DNA of 64,000 nt. Origin: Eledone cirrhosa. Taxonomy: Eukaryota. Each line of letters opens with the position of its first letter. Within the stretch, counting starts at the first letter, position 1. Shown here in pieces: positions 14,936 to 29,403 of the stretch. The notes under the pieces were generated by a model. The model saw only the letters and a list, made by a program, of their open reading frames with translations. It did not search any database and had not been told where the DNA came from. A program made the position numbers and the translations under genes. The stretch lies in the NCBI GenBank assembly GCA_964016885.1, contig OZ024747.1, positions 80,104,001 to 80,168,000 of the forward strand, given 5' to 3'.

Positions 14936-15306
14936 ATGAACGACACCACAACACTTTGTTTTGAAAATTTTGAAAGTAGGTTTATAAGTATGAATTTTCA
15001 TAAGATTTTCGTAGTTGCCTCTGTGGCTTAGTGGTAGGTACTAGAGACGGTGGAGATGCTGGCCTCGGGTTCTATCCTGGTCAAGAGGTACATCTAACCT
15101 TTTTCAGTTTTTATTTTACAACCAATGAAAAAAAAAAACTGAAACGGTTTATCAGGAACCCGACTAGGACAGAACTTCAGACCAGGATCACCACCGTCTA
15201 TGATTCCTCCAACTAGGCCACCGAGACAGTTACAAAAGTATAATGAAAATCGATAATTATAAACCTACTTTCAAAATAAAAGTTAAAAAGATGTGGTGTC
15301 GTTCAT
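14936..15306. mobile_element. Palindromic MITE whose arms contain tRNA-like heads
   Basis: ATGAACGACACCACA/TGTGGTGTCGTTCAT and TTTTGAAAGTAGGTTTATAA/TTATAAACCTACTTTCAAAA inverted pairs; A-box TGGCTTAGTGG and B-box GGTTCTATCC in the left arm, mirrored in the right. Confidence 0.65.
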
Positions 15307-15619
15307 TGCTTTCCTAGAGCTATTAGTAATATTTAGTGTCGACTTCTGGTCATTATTGAAAGTCTCTGGATTTCGCAAAATACATAATATTTTTTATTGG
15401 AGAAGGTGAGATATTTTCCCGCAAAAATTTGATTGCAATGTTTTGCTTCCACTTATGTATTTTTCGAAAATGTTATTTTTTCATTATAAAAATTAAATGA
15501 TGACATTCTATATGTAGGTGGGTCCCCTTCATCTCCTGGCAAACAATATTTTTAGACCCAGTCCGCCACTGCACATATGCATGTGTGTGTTTCCGAGTAT
15601 ATTTTCCCTTAGAAAGGTG

Positions 15620-15714
<95 letters not shown>

Positions 15715-16439
15715 TTTACGTACAATATTATCATATTTTTGACAAAATATATGAATAGTTTCTGTTCTTACATGATATCGATACGTCACACACACAGACT
15801 CACGCTTACATAGAAATATGTACGCCTCGTGCCACGGCGAACGCATGCGATAACGCGTTGAACTTCCAAAACATAGAAACCGAAATATCGTAAATTTAAA
15901 GCTCCGTTTAACTTTATTTGTTCATAAAAACATTTTAGAGTAATGTTTATGAATTTGGATAAATTTGAAACAACGACAAGGAAGGGAATTGTGAAGAGAG
16001 CAGTGTAAGTAATATATATTTACAAACATTATTTTACGATTTATAATTTGTCATATTGCCAAATATTTAGCGTTTCTACTAACAATTCAAAATTTTCATC
16101 GATACTTTAAAAGAGTTTATTTTCACTTTAAACTCATTGTCACTAAATGTTTTATTGTCGATCGCTGTTGCTGTCTAATTTAGTATTATTCTTAAGTATC
16201 AATAGAGTTTTATTAATACATTTAAAAAGAATATTGTCATAATATTTAATGAAAAGATTTTGTCATTACACTTAAACAGAATATCGTCATTACGTACTCG
16301 TATAACTACAATATTTTATTTGAATTTCTGAGAAAAGGAATTATTTCACACAGGCCTTTGACTTTGGAATGTCATAATCGGTAGAGCGTCGGACTAAATG
16401 CTCTGTGTTATTTCTTCCGGCTCTTTTCTCTATGTATCT

Positions 16440-17500
16440 AACGACAAACTTATCGGAAAGTGGCTGATACTTCAACATCTAGAGATCTTCAGCTTGTCGG
16501 GCAACGTGGCCCGAGTCTGTCACCAAATGCACTTGGTTGTCGATCGATAATGTGTCACTGCATGTTGCGTCTCAGATGAAGGGCTGACTTCCGCGGAACG
16601 GAAGGTTGTGATGCCATCTGGTTCTCTGCCATCCCCGCGGTTTAATACAACTTCTTCGAACTGCGATGAGAAATCAGTAGCATTCAAGTCACCCTTCATG
16701 ACCTCGATAAAAGCAACATGGCGTGAGTGGTAAGTGACGGGCACTGTGACGTCATGACAGAAACGTCTACCATACATTCGTAGCTCCATTTAGGTTGCTC
16801 GAAGATTCAGAGGCTAAGTTTCAAGGAACACTGATGCGTAAGAAGTCGCTTTCCAGCTAAGTACTGGTTGACAGCGAGTTCAGGCACCGCTGGAGTTAGG
16901 AGGCCAAGTAGAAAACATGCCAGAGGATACTGGTGAAGCAGGTGTGTAGGGCCATTCGAAGATTTGCTGACTCGACTGTGCCTCATTGGATACCCACAGA
17001 ATGGCGGCCAAGTCAACTCTATATTACGTAGGCCGGGCTCCCTGGTCCCAGTAAACTCTGGTGTGTTTTTGAGAACCTTGTCGATAAGTGCACGACTGGA
17101 GGTCAGCGACGACAGAAATGTCGGCAGCCAGCAATGCCAATGAAATTAGAGTCACTGGATGCAGGCATCATGATCTGTGAGATGAAATGCATGACTGTAA
17201 CAGGGGGGGGGGAGCACTGCAAAAGGCATAAAAAAGCTTCAGCATGGCGAAGCAGTTCCTCAACAATAAGAAAGCCGGATGAGCGCCAATCAGGCGCAGT
17301 CTGCTCATAAGGGTTTTGAATTAGGGAAGCTTGCATTTGAGGGTCGATCGGATGTAAGGATTTAAGGAGCATCGGTGACCCGAATATGAGATCATTTTCC
17401 TTCGGGGTCACCTTCACCTTGTGGAATATAGATCGTGCATCCATGACGGAGGCCTCAAAGCCCTTTGTGTCGTAATATATATTTGAATAATTTATTTTAT
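16440..17500 (-). pseudogene. Decayed CRE-like non-LTR retrotransposon (RT C-terminus and restriction-like endonuclease)
   Basis: Minus-strand peptides, joined across a frameshift: SRHVAF..., LNRGDGREPDGIT, DATCSDT, ARQAED..KYQPL. These match RH / RPDG / WD.TC.DT / AE..K..KY motifs; many stops. Confidence 0.7.
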
Positions 17501-17865
17501 GGAAATTATAATGATTCACGTCACTTTTTGAGCAACGTAAGACATATATATTCGTGCTTTCGGATGACTTATTTGGCGCTCACTATAAGCCTTCCTGAAT
17601 ACATGCTATTATAGGCCACGTGTTTCACTGACATATATATCTTCCTTTAACTTCTGAATCTCATATGTTTCTCCAAATCCATTTCATGGGAAACGAAAAT
17701 GAAGAATATAAAGAAGGATATGTTAACTTTCCTGGGGTTAATTAAGAGTTAACATATATTGATGCCCTAAGGACAGACACTGGTATGCTGGAGACGTAGG
17801 ACATGGCAGCGATAATGAAACAGCTGGAGAGAACACGTCCATGGATCTCGGGAATTGTACCCGCC

Positions 17866-17904
<39 letters not shown>

Positions 17905-17905
17905 T

Positions 17906-18962
17906 ATTTCTTTATTAGCCACAGGGGCACAAAAGAAGGGGACAAATACAAAGGGGGAAGTTTACATACAATAAAAACGTGTAAAATGTTATCACAGATG
18001 GAATTTAAAAGTTAGTCGATTTTCCCCAATAGAGGGAGATAGTTTATATGGGTAACACAGACCCCCGAAAAAAATGTGCAACCCTCATCTCCAGGAGTAC
18101 GAAGAGCTTGTACTCCTTTCCTCTCCTCCTCCTTTTCCTCAACCTACAGGCTGATATAGAGAGAAGGCCCATTCACTCGGGCCATTCTCGCCACTTTCAC
18201 CCACCTTTCATAAAACTTGCTGGGGTACAGCACCTCTCTCTCCATCCTGATTCTTCTTCCAAAGTGGTATTTGAAAAAAAGAATCAGTTGTTGGCCGGAG
18301 AGAAAGGTGTCTGACCTCAGCCCTTTCAACCTTGTCCACCATACAACCTCTTTCGCCATAGCTATCACACAAAGGAAAACCGCCTCTCCTTCGTTTTTGA
18401 AGGAGGGTGGCGGTTTGATCATGACAATGGACTCGGTGGTCAACTGGATTGGTCCCACCCGCGACAATAGTCGTTCCACATAGCCCCACAGGTCAGTGAC
18501 GCCCGGGCAGTGTATGAATGCGTGCGCGACGGTTTCTTCGTCTCGCACGCACCTCGGACAGATCTTTTTTGCAGGGTCCCTGCCCGGGCGCCCATGTCTG
18601 TAGAGCTCGTCTCGAACTGGTAGAGCTCCTCGGTAGCACTGCCAGGCCAGGGACTTTTGGAAGTTGTCCATCGGTCCCGGGCGGAAGGTCCTACCGAACA
18701 GACTGGCCAGTTCATCTTCCTCCACGCCTAGAGTTTCACCGAGCGCGTCGTCGCACTTGCTGCGGACCAACCCTCTATAGAATGACGAAGTGGAGTCTCC
18801 ACTGATCGCCGGGTCCGCCTGCCAGAGGGCTGTGAGCGCCTGAGCACATTCGATGTGCCAGTCGCCCATTTTCCTCGGTCTCTGCTTGACCCAGGACTGC
18901 AGCTCGGTCAGCGAGACGAGTCGTGGGAAGGCTCGCCTCACGAACGGGGCCCACACCGGTTG
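17906..18962 (-). mobile_element. 3' fragment of a Tx1/L1-clade non-LTR retrotransposon
   Basis: ORF 18144-18956 is highly similar to the C-terminus of ORF 58135-59232 (CPRC...ETVAHAFIHC). AATAAA-containing 3' end followed by (TATC)n at 17866-17905. Confidence 0.92.
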
Positions 18963-19249
18963 TCTGAGTTTGCAGAATATTCTTCATTCTCAAAATATTT
19001 ACGTTTAACAAGTCAAGAATTCATAGGAAGACTTATCGGATTCAAATTTCAAATTGGTATCATAGCAGACACAATGCTATTGCTATTGTTGGTCCACAAT
19101 TCGAGAACAGAGATATTGTTATGAAAACAGGAAATAATACACAACAACATATTATGGAAACACATTATACATATGATAATATTCAACAACCATTGCTTTT
19201 TAGCCAGCGTGAAGACGGCTATAATTTCTTATTTTATCAAAGTAATCCA

Positions 19250-20200
19250 GTTACTGGTGTTTTCTCAATCAAGAAATTATCCTGAGACATTTATTAAGTA
19301 TACAGAATGGTGCTTCGCGACACTGAATTACATGGTTTACTTCTCGCAAGAGACCTGTTAAATTGATTTGAAGTTGATATATATATATGAGAAAATTGAA
19401 ACAGAACGTCTTTATTTTATTTGTTACAACTAGATGAGACTAAGTAGAGAACTACATATATTTGAAGGATCCTGTAGAGAAAATGGACACGCTAATTATG
19501 TCGATCAATTGATTATCTTGCACTTATCTTTCGTTTGTGGCACACGATACATGCAGGAAAAGACACACGACGTAATGGCATAAGTAGGCATGCCAACCTA
19601 TTTATCACGTCCACATGTAATCTAAGGTGGAAAGAGATATAATAACTTTTCCAGGATAAACAACCCAACATAGCTACATGTTGTTTGATTTGAAAGTTCA
19701 AAAGAACTGTAACAACATAGAAAGGAGAAATCTTTGGTGTTGACAGATGTTACATGTACTCTATCGAATGCCAGAGGGATTTGATATTATCACTTCATGG
19801 TTTGAAGTAAAGGTCATATCCGATCAAATTGATTTGTTCATCAGTACAGAGTTTCTAAATCATATAGAAGATGCGAAACCTTTTGAAATCATCAAAAGTT
19901 AAATAATTCATGGATCGTGTAGAGACTCGGACCGGGGGTGATGGTTATCCACCTTACAGACATCGAAGCACTGATAATGACAGGTTTTCTACTAAACTAG
20001 CGATCTGAGGTCAAGAAGTTGCATTTGGCAATCAATGGATTATACCATACTGTCCACTGCTGAGAAAAATGTCCAATGCTCACATCTATGTCGACTTATA
20101 TAACTAAACAAATCTATAAAATAGATAGGTTAAACTGTTAACAAAGAATCGACCAAGGGGGTTTGGGAATTGTAATAAACAAAAATGATGAAATGATTTC
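19250..20200 (+). pseudogene. Possible highly decayed piggyBac-like transposase
   Basis: Only faint motif echoes (D-Q-L..., RYMQEK..NGI, DNDRFSTKLA) across stops and frameshifts. Confidence 0.25.
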
Positions 20201-21100
20201 CTACCAATATGAAGCTGATAGAGAAATTGCTTAAATGCAAACATTACAATGTTACATTATACAAATGGTATATTAGTTTCAACTGTACAGCTGGAAGTGT
20301 TATAGTACTACGCATTTAATCTGCAATTTTGTGCTAAATAATTTAGTCTTCATTAAGAAAAAGAACAAACATATAAAATATAGCAGAATTGTATAACAAT
20401 TTAAAATTTAATTCTTATCCTAATTGTTTAAAGTAACGCTTTACAAGTGTTTCGGAAATTGATAACATTGGTTGAAACTAAATAGAATAAGTTTTCTTAT
20501 CTAAATGCTGAATGGAAGCTCGGTTGTTTTCAGGAACTTGGAATCGTAGCTGTAACTTTTCTTTATATAACTCTTATAACAATAGGATAAGAACTCAATC
20601 ATTTCAAAGATGGTAGTGTTATTAATGAGTAAGAACATGCAGCTTCCAAAATTATATTGAAATAATAAACCTCTCGCTTCTTTTCTCCGTTTATGTCACT
20701 ATTATGTAGTCAGTTTATATGGCAGGCGCTATATAATTCGTTTGAGTTATCCAGATGTCATAACTTGTTATCGGACAACAAAATATTTAGTTTCACCCTC
20801 TCACATGTATCTAATAGAAAGGAACTATATAGCTGTCCATAAGAAGCTGAGAGGCAAACTTTAGATTCTGATTACATCTTGAAATATGTATTATAGTTAT
20901 GATCTCAACCAAACATTCGGAAATCCCTTTTGAGAATTGCTGTTTCGTCCCATGTGATTTGATTGCCAAATTGAATATACTTTCAAGATGATCAAAGGTT
21001 GAGTGAATCCCGTAAACGTTTCCGGTCTCGGAGGGTCTGCGAAAACCATAGGCACAACCCGGTAGGGTATAGGCATCTTTATTATATATAGAAATATCTT

Positions 21101-21160
21101 TTACAGGACTGAAACTGTTTCGCTTTTGATGATTTCATACAAATGAAACAGTTCTAGTCG
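21101..21160 (+). mobile_element. Degenerate relative of the 3484 hammerhead foldback
   Basis: TACAGGACTGAAACTGTTTC (antisense arm) followed by TTGATGATTTCATACAAATGAAACAGTTCTAGTC (core with C3 changed to T). Confidence 0.6.
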
Positions 21161-21351
21161 CCCCTCTCTCGCTCAATCTCTCCCTATCTTTCTCACTCTC
21201 TCCCCCCCCCTCTCTCTCTCTATATATATATATATACATACACACACACACATATTTATATATATATATATATACCCATACACACACACACACATATTTA
21301 TATATATATATACACACATACACACATACACACATACACACACACATATAT

Positions 21352-21405
<54 letters not shown>

Positions 21406-21491
21406 CATCTTATACAAAACAATAAAGTAATCTAAAAAGAACACTCACTTCACAAGCACCTTTCCCTAGGATATATTCCTACTCAGCAACC

Positions 21492-21564
<73 letters not shown>

Positions 21565-22276
21565 GTATATATATATATGTATATATGTATATATATATAT
21601 GTACATATATATATGTATATATATATATTAATTTCTATATTTTCATTTATATTTATACTCGGAATTTTCCCTTGAGTGCTTAAAATTATTTGTGACTAAT
21701 CCCGGTCTTAAAAAAAAAAAACCGCGATAATATTGCTATTTTGCTGAACTCCTTACATTTTGTAAATTTTTTTTCGGAATGTTTTTGACTGCTGTTTCTT
21801 GTAAATAGACATTCGTCTCATTCTGACGTCACCAGCCATGTCTCTCCATGTGTGTTTATTTTCATAATTCCGCACGAGGTGAACTAGCCTGCTTTTAAAT
21901 TCCCTTTTTGGCATATTTTGGCAGTGGGATTTTGGTTATCGCGTTGAGCTCTACTGAGGAACGACTCCAACCGTGACTAACCCCACTGAAAAGTTTCGTG
22001 AAATAGTCTTTTTAAGACTATATAGAGCATTTGTAGTTTTTCCAAATTGAAGGATGACTATTTAAACTTTATTTTATTCTGAGTTAAGACTCTATTGGTT
22101 TTTCCCCTGGATTTTACAAAATCTGTAGATAAAATCTCTGTCTTGATTTTTAAAAAATTAAGTTTGAATTATTTTCCCATATCTTACGTTAATTATTTTC
22201 CATTTTGACGTTATAGTCACTTATATATTATGAAATACTGTTGGCTTCTTGCTCACTCATTAATTTCTATATTTTC

Positions 22277-22693
<417 letters not shown>

Positions 22694-23026
22694 TCATATA
22701 TATATTTTAATTAATTTTGAAAACTAAATAATGTTTGATTATATTGTTTTTTCATTGTTTTCCTTATTTCTGCTTATTTTCTTTTTTTACCACCGGAAGC
22801 TAATTATCTCCAGGTTTCTTTCACGGTCATGTCATACCTAAGGGAGTTAATTCATAGAAATATTAACCAGTTTTACAATATACGTATATTTTCATGGGTG
22901 AAGATAAAAATGTATCTATTAAATTGTGCAGTAACTAGTCGAAACAGACGATAAATAGATATCTGTACACAAACAATATGTGATTACTCGAGCCTGTCTG
23001 AATGTCTATATACTATAATGAGTATA

Positions 23027-23124
<98 letters not shown>

Positions 23125-23211
23125 TATGTAAACGTGTCAAACTTGCGTATTTCCCCGTAGATTGGAAAAATACATGAGCATCAAGAATCGATTTCCACCC
23201 TTATTAATATT

Positions 23212-23400
23212 GCGGTGGATTGGCAGTATCGGTAGAGAATCGGACGCCATGCTTTGCAGCAAAGAGTTACGTCCCTTTATGGTCTGAGTTCAAATCCCGC
23301 CGAGGTTAACTTTGCCTTTCATCCTTACGGGGTCGATAAAATAAAGTACCAGTAATACACTGGGATAATTGCTGGCCTTGTGCCTAAAGTAGAAATAATT
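23212..23400 (+). mobile_element. SINE family A with TSD ATTAATATTGC
   Basis: Matches the 12803 copy; TSD at 23203-23213 and 23398-23408. Confidence 0.9.
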
Positions 23401-23529
23401 AATATTGCTGTTTCTAACACTGACATCACCATCATCACCATGTTCTAGAAACTGGTGCAGTCAGTCGTAGTGAAACACACACATACATACACACGCACGC
23501 ATATATATATATATATTAAAATAACAGAT

Positions 23530-23585
23530 TTAAGTTAAAGCAAAGAATCGCTGCTTTCACCCTTAACGGGATCTTCTGAGTTTCT
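23530..23585 (-). ncRNA. Degenerate hammerhead-like motif
   Basis: Minus strand CAGAAGA-t-ccc-gttaa-ggg-t-GAAA-gca...tgc-TT. U4 is changed to A and stem I does not pair; homologous to 33111-33165 on the plus strand. Confidence 0.4.
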
Positions 23586-23699
23586 ACGGTTTTATATATA
23601 TTTATATATATATAATCCTTATCGAGCACTCTTCGAATTTTAGTCTTCACATTTATTATTATTATTAAAAGTAGAAACAATTATTACTATATACATATA

Positions 23700-23890
23700 G
23701 GGCGGTGGATTGGCAGTATCGGTAGAGGGTCGGACGCCATGCTTTCCAGCATAGTTACGTCCCTTTACGGTCTGAGTTCAAATCCCGCCGAGGTTAACTT
23801 TACCTTTCATCCTTACCGGGTCGATAAAATAAAGTACCAGTAATGCACTGGATAATTGGTGGCCTTGTGCCAAAAGTAGAAACAATTATT
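23700..23890 (+). mobile_element. SINE family A with TSD ATTATTACTATA
   Basis: Full head and tail; TSD at 23680-23691 and 23885-23896. Confidence 0.9.
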
Positions 23891-23892
23891 AC

Positions 23893-23982
<90 letters not shown>

Positions 23983-26236
23983 GCTCACTGACCTTCAGAG
24001 GTAACAGAAATATATATTTTGACTTATTCTCAGTTTTCTCATATATTTGTAACTTCTCGATCGACAGGTAAATGTAGATAAAACTAGCAACAAGAATGGA
24101 ATAATAGCACAAAATGACACATATATGTAAGAAATTAGCTCAGAGGTAGAGAGAGAGAGAGAGAGCTTTAAATTTCAGATCAGACATAGTATTTTGAAGA
24201 GATATGGTAGTTGATACTTATTCAAATCTCTTTTACAACAATTGGTTTTCTTTCCAGTGTTATTATTGACTATAAATTACATCTAACTCCGTTGTATTTA
24301 AAGTTTCATTCATCACCACAGGCGTCTGTTCGTGTGTAAGAATTATCCACTTTATGATATAGTGATAATACAACGTAAAACAATAGTCATTAAATCATAA
24401 TAAGCTACAGAGTCAACCATTTTACTATCCCTTGTAATCCATCTTCATTTAAAACTGACGAAAACTATGTGATCATACTGACTATTATGGTTGAGGTCTA
24501 ACCAAAATATGGATTCCCGACTAGTCAATGATTATATTCTAAGGAAACAATAAATTTTGGACATCTTACGAAGAATAGCAAGAATGGGGTAGATTTTACT
24601 ATAGAAACTACAGCGTGGCTATCATAAACGAGAGTTCAGTCGTAAATTGGTGATATTGTATAACGGTATGGGAGTTGTAAGTAAAAATCCGTTGAAGTTA
24701 AATAAAGAAAATGTGTAGGTATGTTAAAAGTTTAAATGCCGCTGGACATATCTTTTGGAGGTCTAATGAAAAGAAGAGTATAACAGGTATTGAACATTGT
24801 TGAAAACGTGACACGTATTAATTCCAAAAGTTTGAAATGGTAATAGCGCCACCTAAAAATCAGCGGTGCTATTAAGTCTGTGTAAATGTGGTTTCTATGA
24901 AAAGAGAAGCAGTCAGAGAAAGCGGGTTAAGGATGCAGATGTACCACGCTAAGTTGGTGAAAATAAAAACATTTTCTACCTTAGGCTATAGACCTGTAGT
25001 CGCCGTAGAAACTGGAAGAAAGTATTATTAGGAATCGGACTTTTAGTAAAAGGAAAAAAATAACTAAAATGAAAAATATAAGATAAAAGAAAAAATACAG
25101 TGAAAATTAATTACGCTCAGTTCTATCTCTATTTCCTTCATCTGTCTTTCTCAAAAAGAATCTGAGTCAAGAATATACTAAGTTTTTATATTTTTATAAT
25201 TTTAAACACATACTTTTCTTGTTAGAAAAACGCCTGAGGGTTCATTTCAAAAGTTTGGATCAATACTTTTTACTAGTTTTAATCTCGAATATTCTATGAA
25301 CTTTCCTTCCTCCTTGTATCGGTTGAATACTTGTTGGCTCTGTATAAATAAATAGAAATATAAAGAAATGGAATAAATTATTTGTTTGTGAATATCCAAT
25401 GGCGTGAAAGAACGAGGATCTAATTCTACGATGAAGACACGTTAATATGTGTAAGTTAACTAGGGGGTTCATTTGCACATTTCCTTCCTAAACAGTTTGA
25501 AAATTTTACTTTCGTTGCATTTCGTTTTATTTGATAACAATCCATTTAGAATATAAATCTTTATCAAATAAGTTAAGCACCTTAAAATTCAAGTATGTTA
25601 TAAGGTTTCATATCATGATTGAAGTAATTTACTTTATACTACTCATGCCCTCTAGAAAGATACGAACCCCAAACTCTTCATTTCACCACGCCACATCAAA
25701 CGTATTGTTCTTAACCAAAAACAAATCGATACAATTTGACAAGAACTCATGTATTCTTTACGTCTGCCGTAGACAGGTATTTACATAAAAATTTACATCT
25801 CAAAGATGTGTATTGTAATAAATTTTCAAATAATAATATAAAATCGTAAACATTCCAAAGATTGAAACTACCGTGTGTTTAAGTTCACATCAGAATCACA
25901 TGATTGCGAGTTCGATTCCACTGATGAGTATCTGGGTTTTTTAATGTCATCTCAGGTTGACCAATGTGCTATGAAATGCATAGATGGAAACTGTGCATCA
26001 GACTGAAATATATATGTATGTATATATAGGTCAAGGGCGGTGCCCCAGCATGGCCTCAGCCGGATGGCTGAAACAGGTAAAAGAGAATAGGTGGCGAAGC
26101 ATTGTAACAAGATGATGCTTTATTCGTCTCTGGGTCAAAAACATAAACCCACTTTTTTCTTCTTCTCTTGTTTTTTCTTTGCTTCTTTCCTTAAAGTTTA
26201 ACATCATTCCGTTGGTATACATATATTACACAATTT

Positions 26237-26294
26237 ACACCTGAAGATGTCACCAGGTACTTACGCAACCAGGCATCTCAAATGTGCATAGTGT
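26237..26294 (+). ncRNA. Hammerhead-like motif with G12 changed to C (likely inactive)
   Basis: acac-CTGAAGA-...-CAAA-tgtgca-TA^gtgt. Stem I pairs and stem III is near-palindromic. Confidence 0.45.
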
Positions 26295-26353
26295 TTGCAG
26301 AAATAAATAATTAAGGAAATTCAACATATTTGGCCTCCTGTCATTTCACTTTA

Positions 26354-26456
<103 letters not shown>

Positions 26457-27339
26457 AACACACACACACGCATGTGCTTGTTTACTGGTGTAAACCGTTA
26501 TTGCACCTCTTGAGTAAGAAACGGTAACTTATTCTTTCGATAAAATATAGTTTGGTGAAATATATTCTAGTCTGAGATAAGTACTGAGTTGATTAAAACT
26601 TTTGAAATCGGTACCGAGCCCCAGCATGGTCCCAGCCTAATAACTGAAACAAATTATTGAATTTTTAAGCCAGTTCAACATAATTTTAAAAACATCACTT
26701 TTAAAACAACTTTATCAATCTTTATAGACTGGAAACTTACAAAATGTTGATATATAATCTGTAAGCTAGTTTATAGTACAAATGAAACATTTCTAATATT
26801 TATAATTCATTGAAGTTTATCTTCATGAAAGGGCTTTGTTTTCGGAGCAGCTCATAATTAATTCAAACACTTCTTTTTTCCTCTTGTCTTCTTGTACATT
26901 TCCTCATTTCAGCGTGTTTCATAATTCACGTTTTAGTATTCATTCTCATTCACCTAGGGGCGATGCATCATGTAATAATTTAGATGTGCGATATATCTTT
27001 TGTATTCCGAGTTAAGTGGAACGGCATTGATTTGTTGGTTTTCACCTCAAGATTCCTCGAAGAATAACTATTTGAAATAGCTTTTCTATTTCAACAAATT
27101 CTGTTGTATACGTTCACGTATCTTTTATTACATAATTGTGTGAATTCTTGTCTATAGACGCCCACACAACACAGCCTTCTATTATGGATGGTATATATGT
27201 CATTCGCCTTTACGTGTGTACCAACACACGTACTATAAGACTTGATATTTGTTTCTGTTCTCCGTGATTTGAGTTCAAATCTCATCAAGATCAACTTTGC
27301 CATTCATTTTTGTGGATTTGATAAATAAAACACTGGGTT

Positions 27340-27706
27340 AAGTGACTGGATCAAGTGACTGGGTCAGGTGACTGGGTCAGGTGACTGGGTCGAGTGACTG
27401 GGTCAAGTACTGGGTCAAGTGACTGAGCCAGGTGACTGGGTCGAGTGACTGGGTCGAGTGACTGGGTCAAGTGACTGCGTCAGGTGACTGGGTCAGGTGA
27501 CTGGGTCAAGTGACTGAGTCAAGTGACTGGGTCGAGTGACTGGGTCGAGTGACTGGGTCAAGTGACTGCGTCAGGTGACTGGGTCAGGTGACTGGGTCAA
27601 GTGACTGAGTCAAGTGACTGGGTCGAGTGACTGGGTCGAGTGACTGGGTCAAGTGACTGCGTCAGGTGACTGGGTCAAGTGACTGAGTCAAGTGACTGGG
27701 TCGAGT
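27340..27706. repeat. 13-bp minisatellite (TCRRGTGACTGGG)n with a 91-bp higher-order period
   Basis: The variant GACTGCGT recurs at 27473, 27564 and 27655; the array abuts a decayed SINE at 27250-27340. Confidence 0.92.
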
Positions 27707-27756
27707 CTACTTTCTCTCCTTCTCTCTCTCTCTTTTTCTCAGAATTGGCAACATTG

Positions 27757-27948
27757 CAGACCTGTCAACTCTCCCCCGTCAAATGGGGTAGATCTCCCAC
27801 CCACTTTGGGGTGGATGAGAGATGTCCTCTCTTGTAAAGATGGGTATAGCTTTCATTATGTAAAATCTCCCCATTTTGCCTCTCCCTGTTTTCGGGTACT
27901 TTTTTTCTTGGTACTCTCCGTTTGCGTTTTTAGAGGTTGACAGGTCTG
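27757..27948. mobile_element. MITE with CAGACCTGTCAAC TIRs
   Basis: Perfect 13-bp TIRs; related copies at 31684-31853, 31970-32040 and 63595-63810. Confidence 0.8.
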
Positions 27949-28037
27949 AGATTGCGATATGTCAGAGCTGCTTTCAAGAAAAACTGAGAAGGGTTCAGCA
28001 GGGAGCCAGCACCGTTTTCTCTTGGATGGTATCAATA

Positions 28038-28350
28038 TGTTTCGTCCGTGTGTGTGTGTTTCGTCCATGTGTGGTGAGTGTTTCGTCCGTGTGTGTCTGT
28101 GTGTTTCGTCTGTGTGTGAGTATTTCGTCCGTGTGTGTGAGTGAGTGTTTCGTCCGTCCGTGTGTGTGAGTGTGTGTCCATGTGTGCGTGTGTGTCCATG
28201 TGTGTTCATGTGTGTTCATGTGTGTGACGTGTGTGTCCACGTGTGAGAGTGTGTGTCCGTGTGTGTGAGCGTTTCGTCCGTGTGTGTGTGCGTGTGTGTG
28301 TGTGTATGTGTTTCGTCCTTGTGTGTGAGTGAGTATTTCATCCATGTGTG
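28038..28350. repeat. (GT)n tract punctuated by TTTCGTCC
   Basis: Recurrent gtgtttcgtcc units within GT repeats. Confidence 0.75.
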
Positions 28351-28825
28351 CGTCATCAGTAGTAATCGAGTTTACTTGTATAATAAAGCGCCACTCTTGT
28401 ATTTACATTGATTTCACAAATAGAACCAAGGCCATTTATAGTTGGCACGAATTAGATTAGATGTATCATATAGGCATTTCTAAAGAACGCTAATAAAAGA
28501 ACCGAAGGGAATTAGTTATAGACATAAAATATAATCAAACTGCGGATTCCTATCTCTGAGTCTGTATTAATATAGTTTAATTTATTTTATGCCGCAATTG
28601 GTAAACAATAGCGTCGTCGGTTTCAGGTTCAAACAGACCAATCGCTGGTTCACTGATTTTCTAACGTAATAAAGATTGATACGGGAGTGTCAGAAACTGA
28701 GTGCAGAACAAATATACATTAATGAAAGATATTCTCATATTTGTTCCATTTCTCTGTGTTCTAAGTTCAAAATCTGCCGTGGTCAATTTTGATTTCTATT
28801 CTTCTGAGGTTGATAAATAAAGTAA

Positions 28826-29124
28826 TAACTATTTAGCATTTAAACCGGCTGTATTCGGCCAGAATTCTTCCACCTCTTTCTGTTCAAACCGGCTATAACT
28901 AGCCACTCACACTGATGTTAAGGAATTGTTCTCAAAATAAATAATATCAAAATCTCATAGATTCAACATTATGTGAGATATTATGTGAGATAAAGTCTTT
29001 ACTGTGAAAATACAATAGTATATATAGTATAATGTAAATGTTATGTGAGATATTATGTGAGGTAAAGCCTTTACTATGAAAATACAATAGTATATATAGA
29101 GTAATGTAAAGGCTAAAGGGTTAA
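28826..29124. mobile_element. piggyBac-type MITE remnant
   Basis: Right end GCTAAAGGGTTAA and degenerate left end TAACTATTTAGC; internal ~73-bp tandem duplication at 28968-29110. Confidence 0.5.
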
Positions 29125-29150
29125 TGTAGACTATTCTGTTTGTTTCTCAG

Positions 29151-29315
29151 TCGATTGCAAGAGAGACTGATAATGTTACACATGAGAAGGACCGCAGCTG
29201 TCCCCTTAGAACTTCCCATTTCTCCTGATATGGAAAAAGGTTTAGATGAGGGGCTTGTACCTTTAATCACGAAAAAAATTGAAATGCTAAGGAAACTGTT
29301 TAAGAAGGACCCGAT
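29151..29315 (+). CDS. Candidate isolated host exon (unknown protein)
   Basis: Pyrimidine-rich acceptor ctgtttgtttctcag; open frame RLQERLIMLHMRRTAAVPLELPISPDMEKGLDEGLVPLITKKIEMLRKLFKKDP; possible donor GTCAGT; 165 bp with symmetric phase. Confidence 0.3.
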
Positions 29316-29403
29316 GTCAGTGCGACATCGAATTGTGATATTATCGCAAATACATACATTATATACATACATATATACATACATATATACATACATATAT
29401 ATA

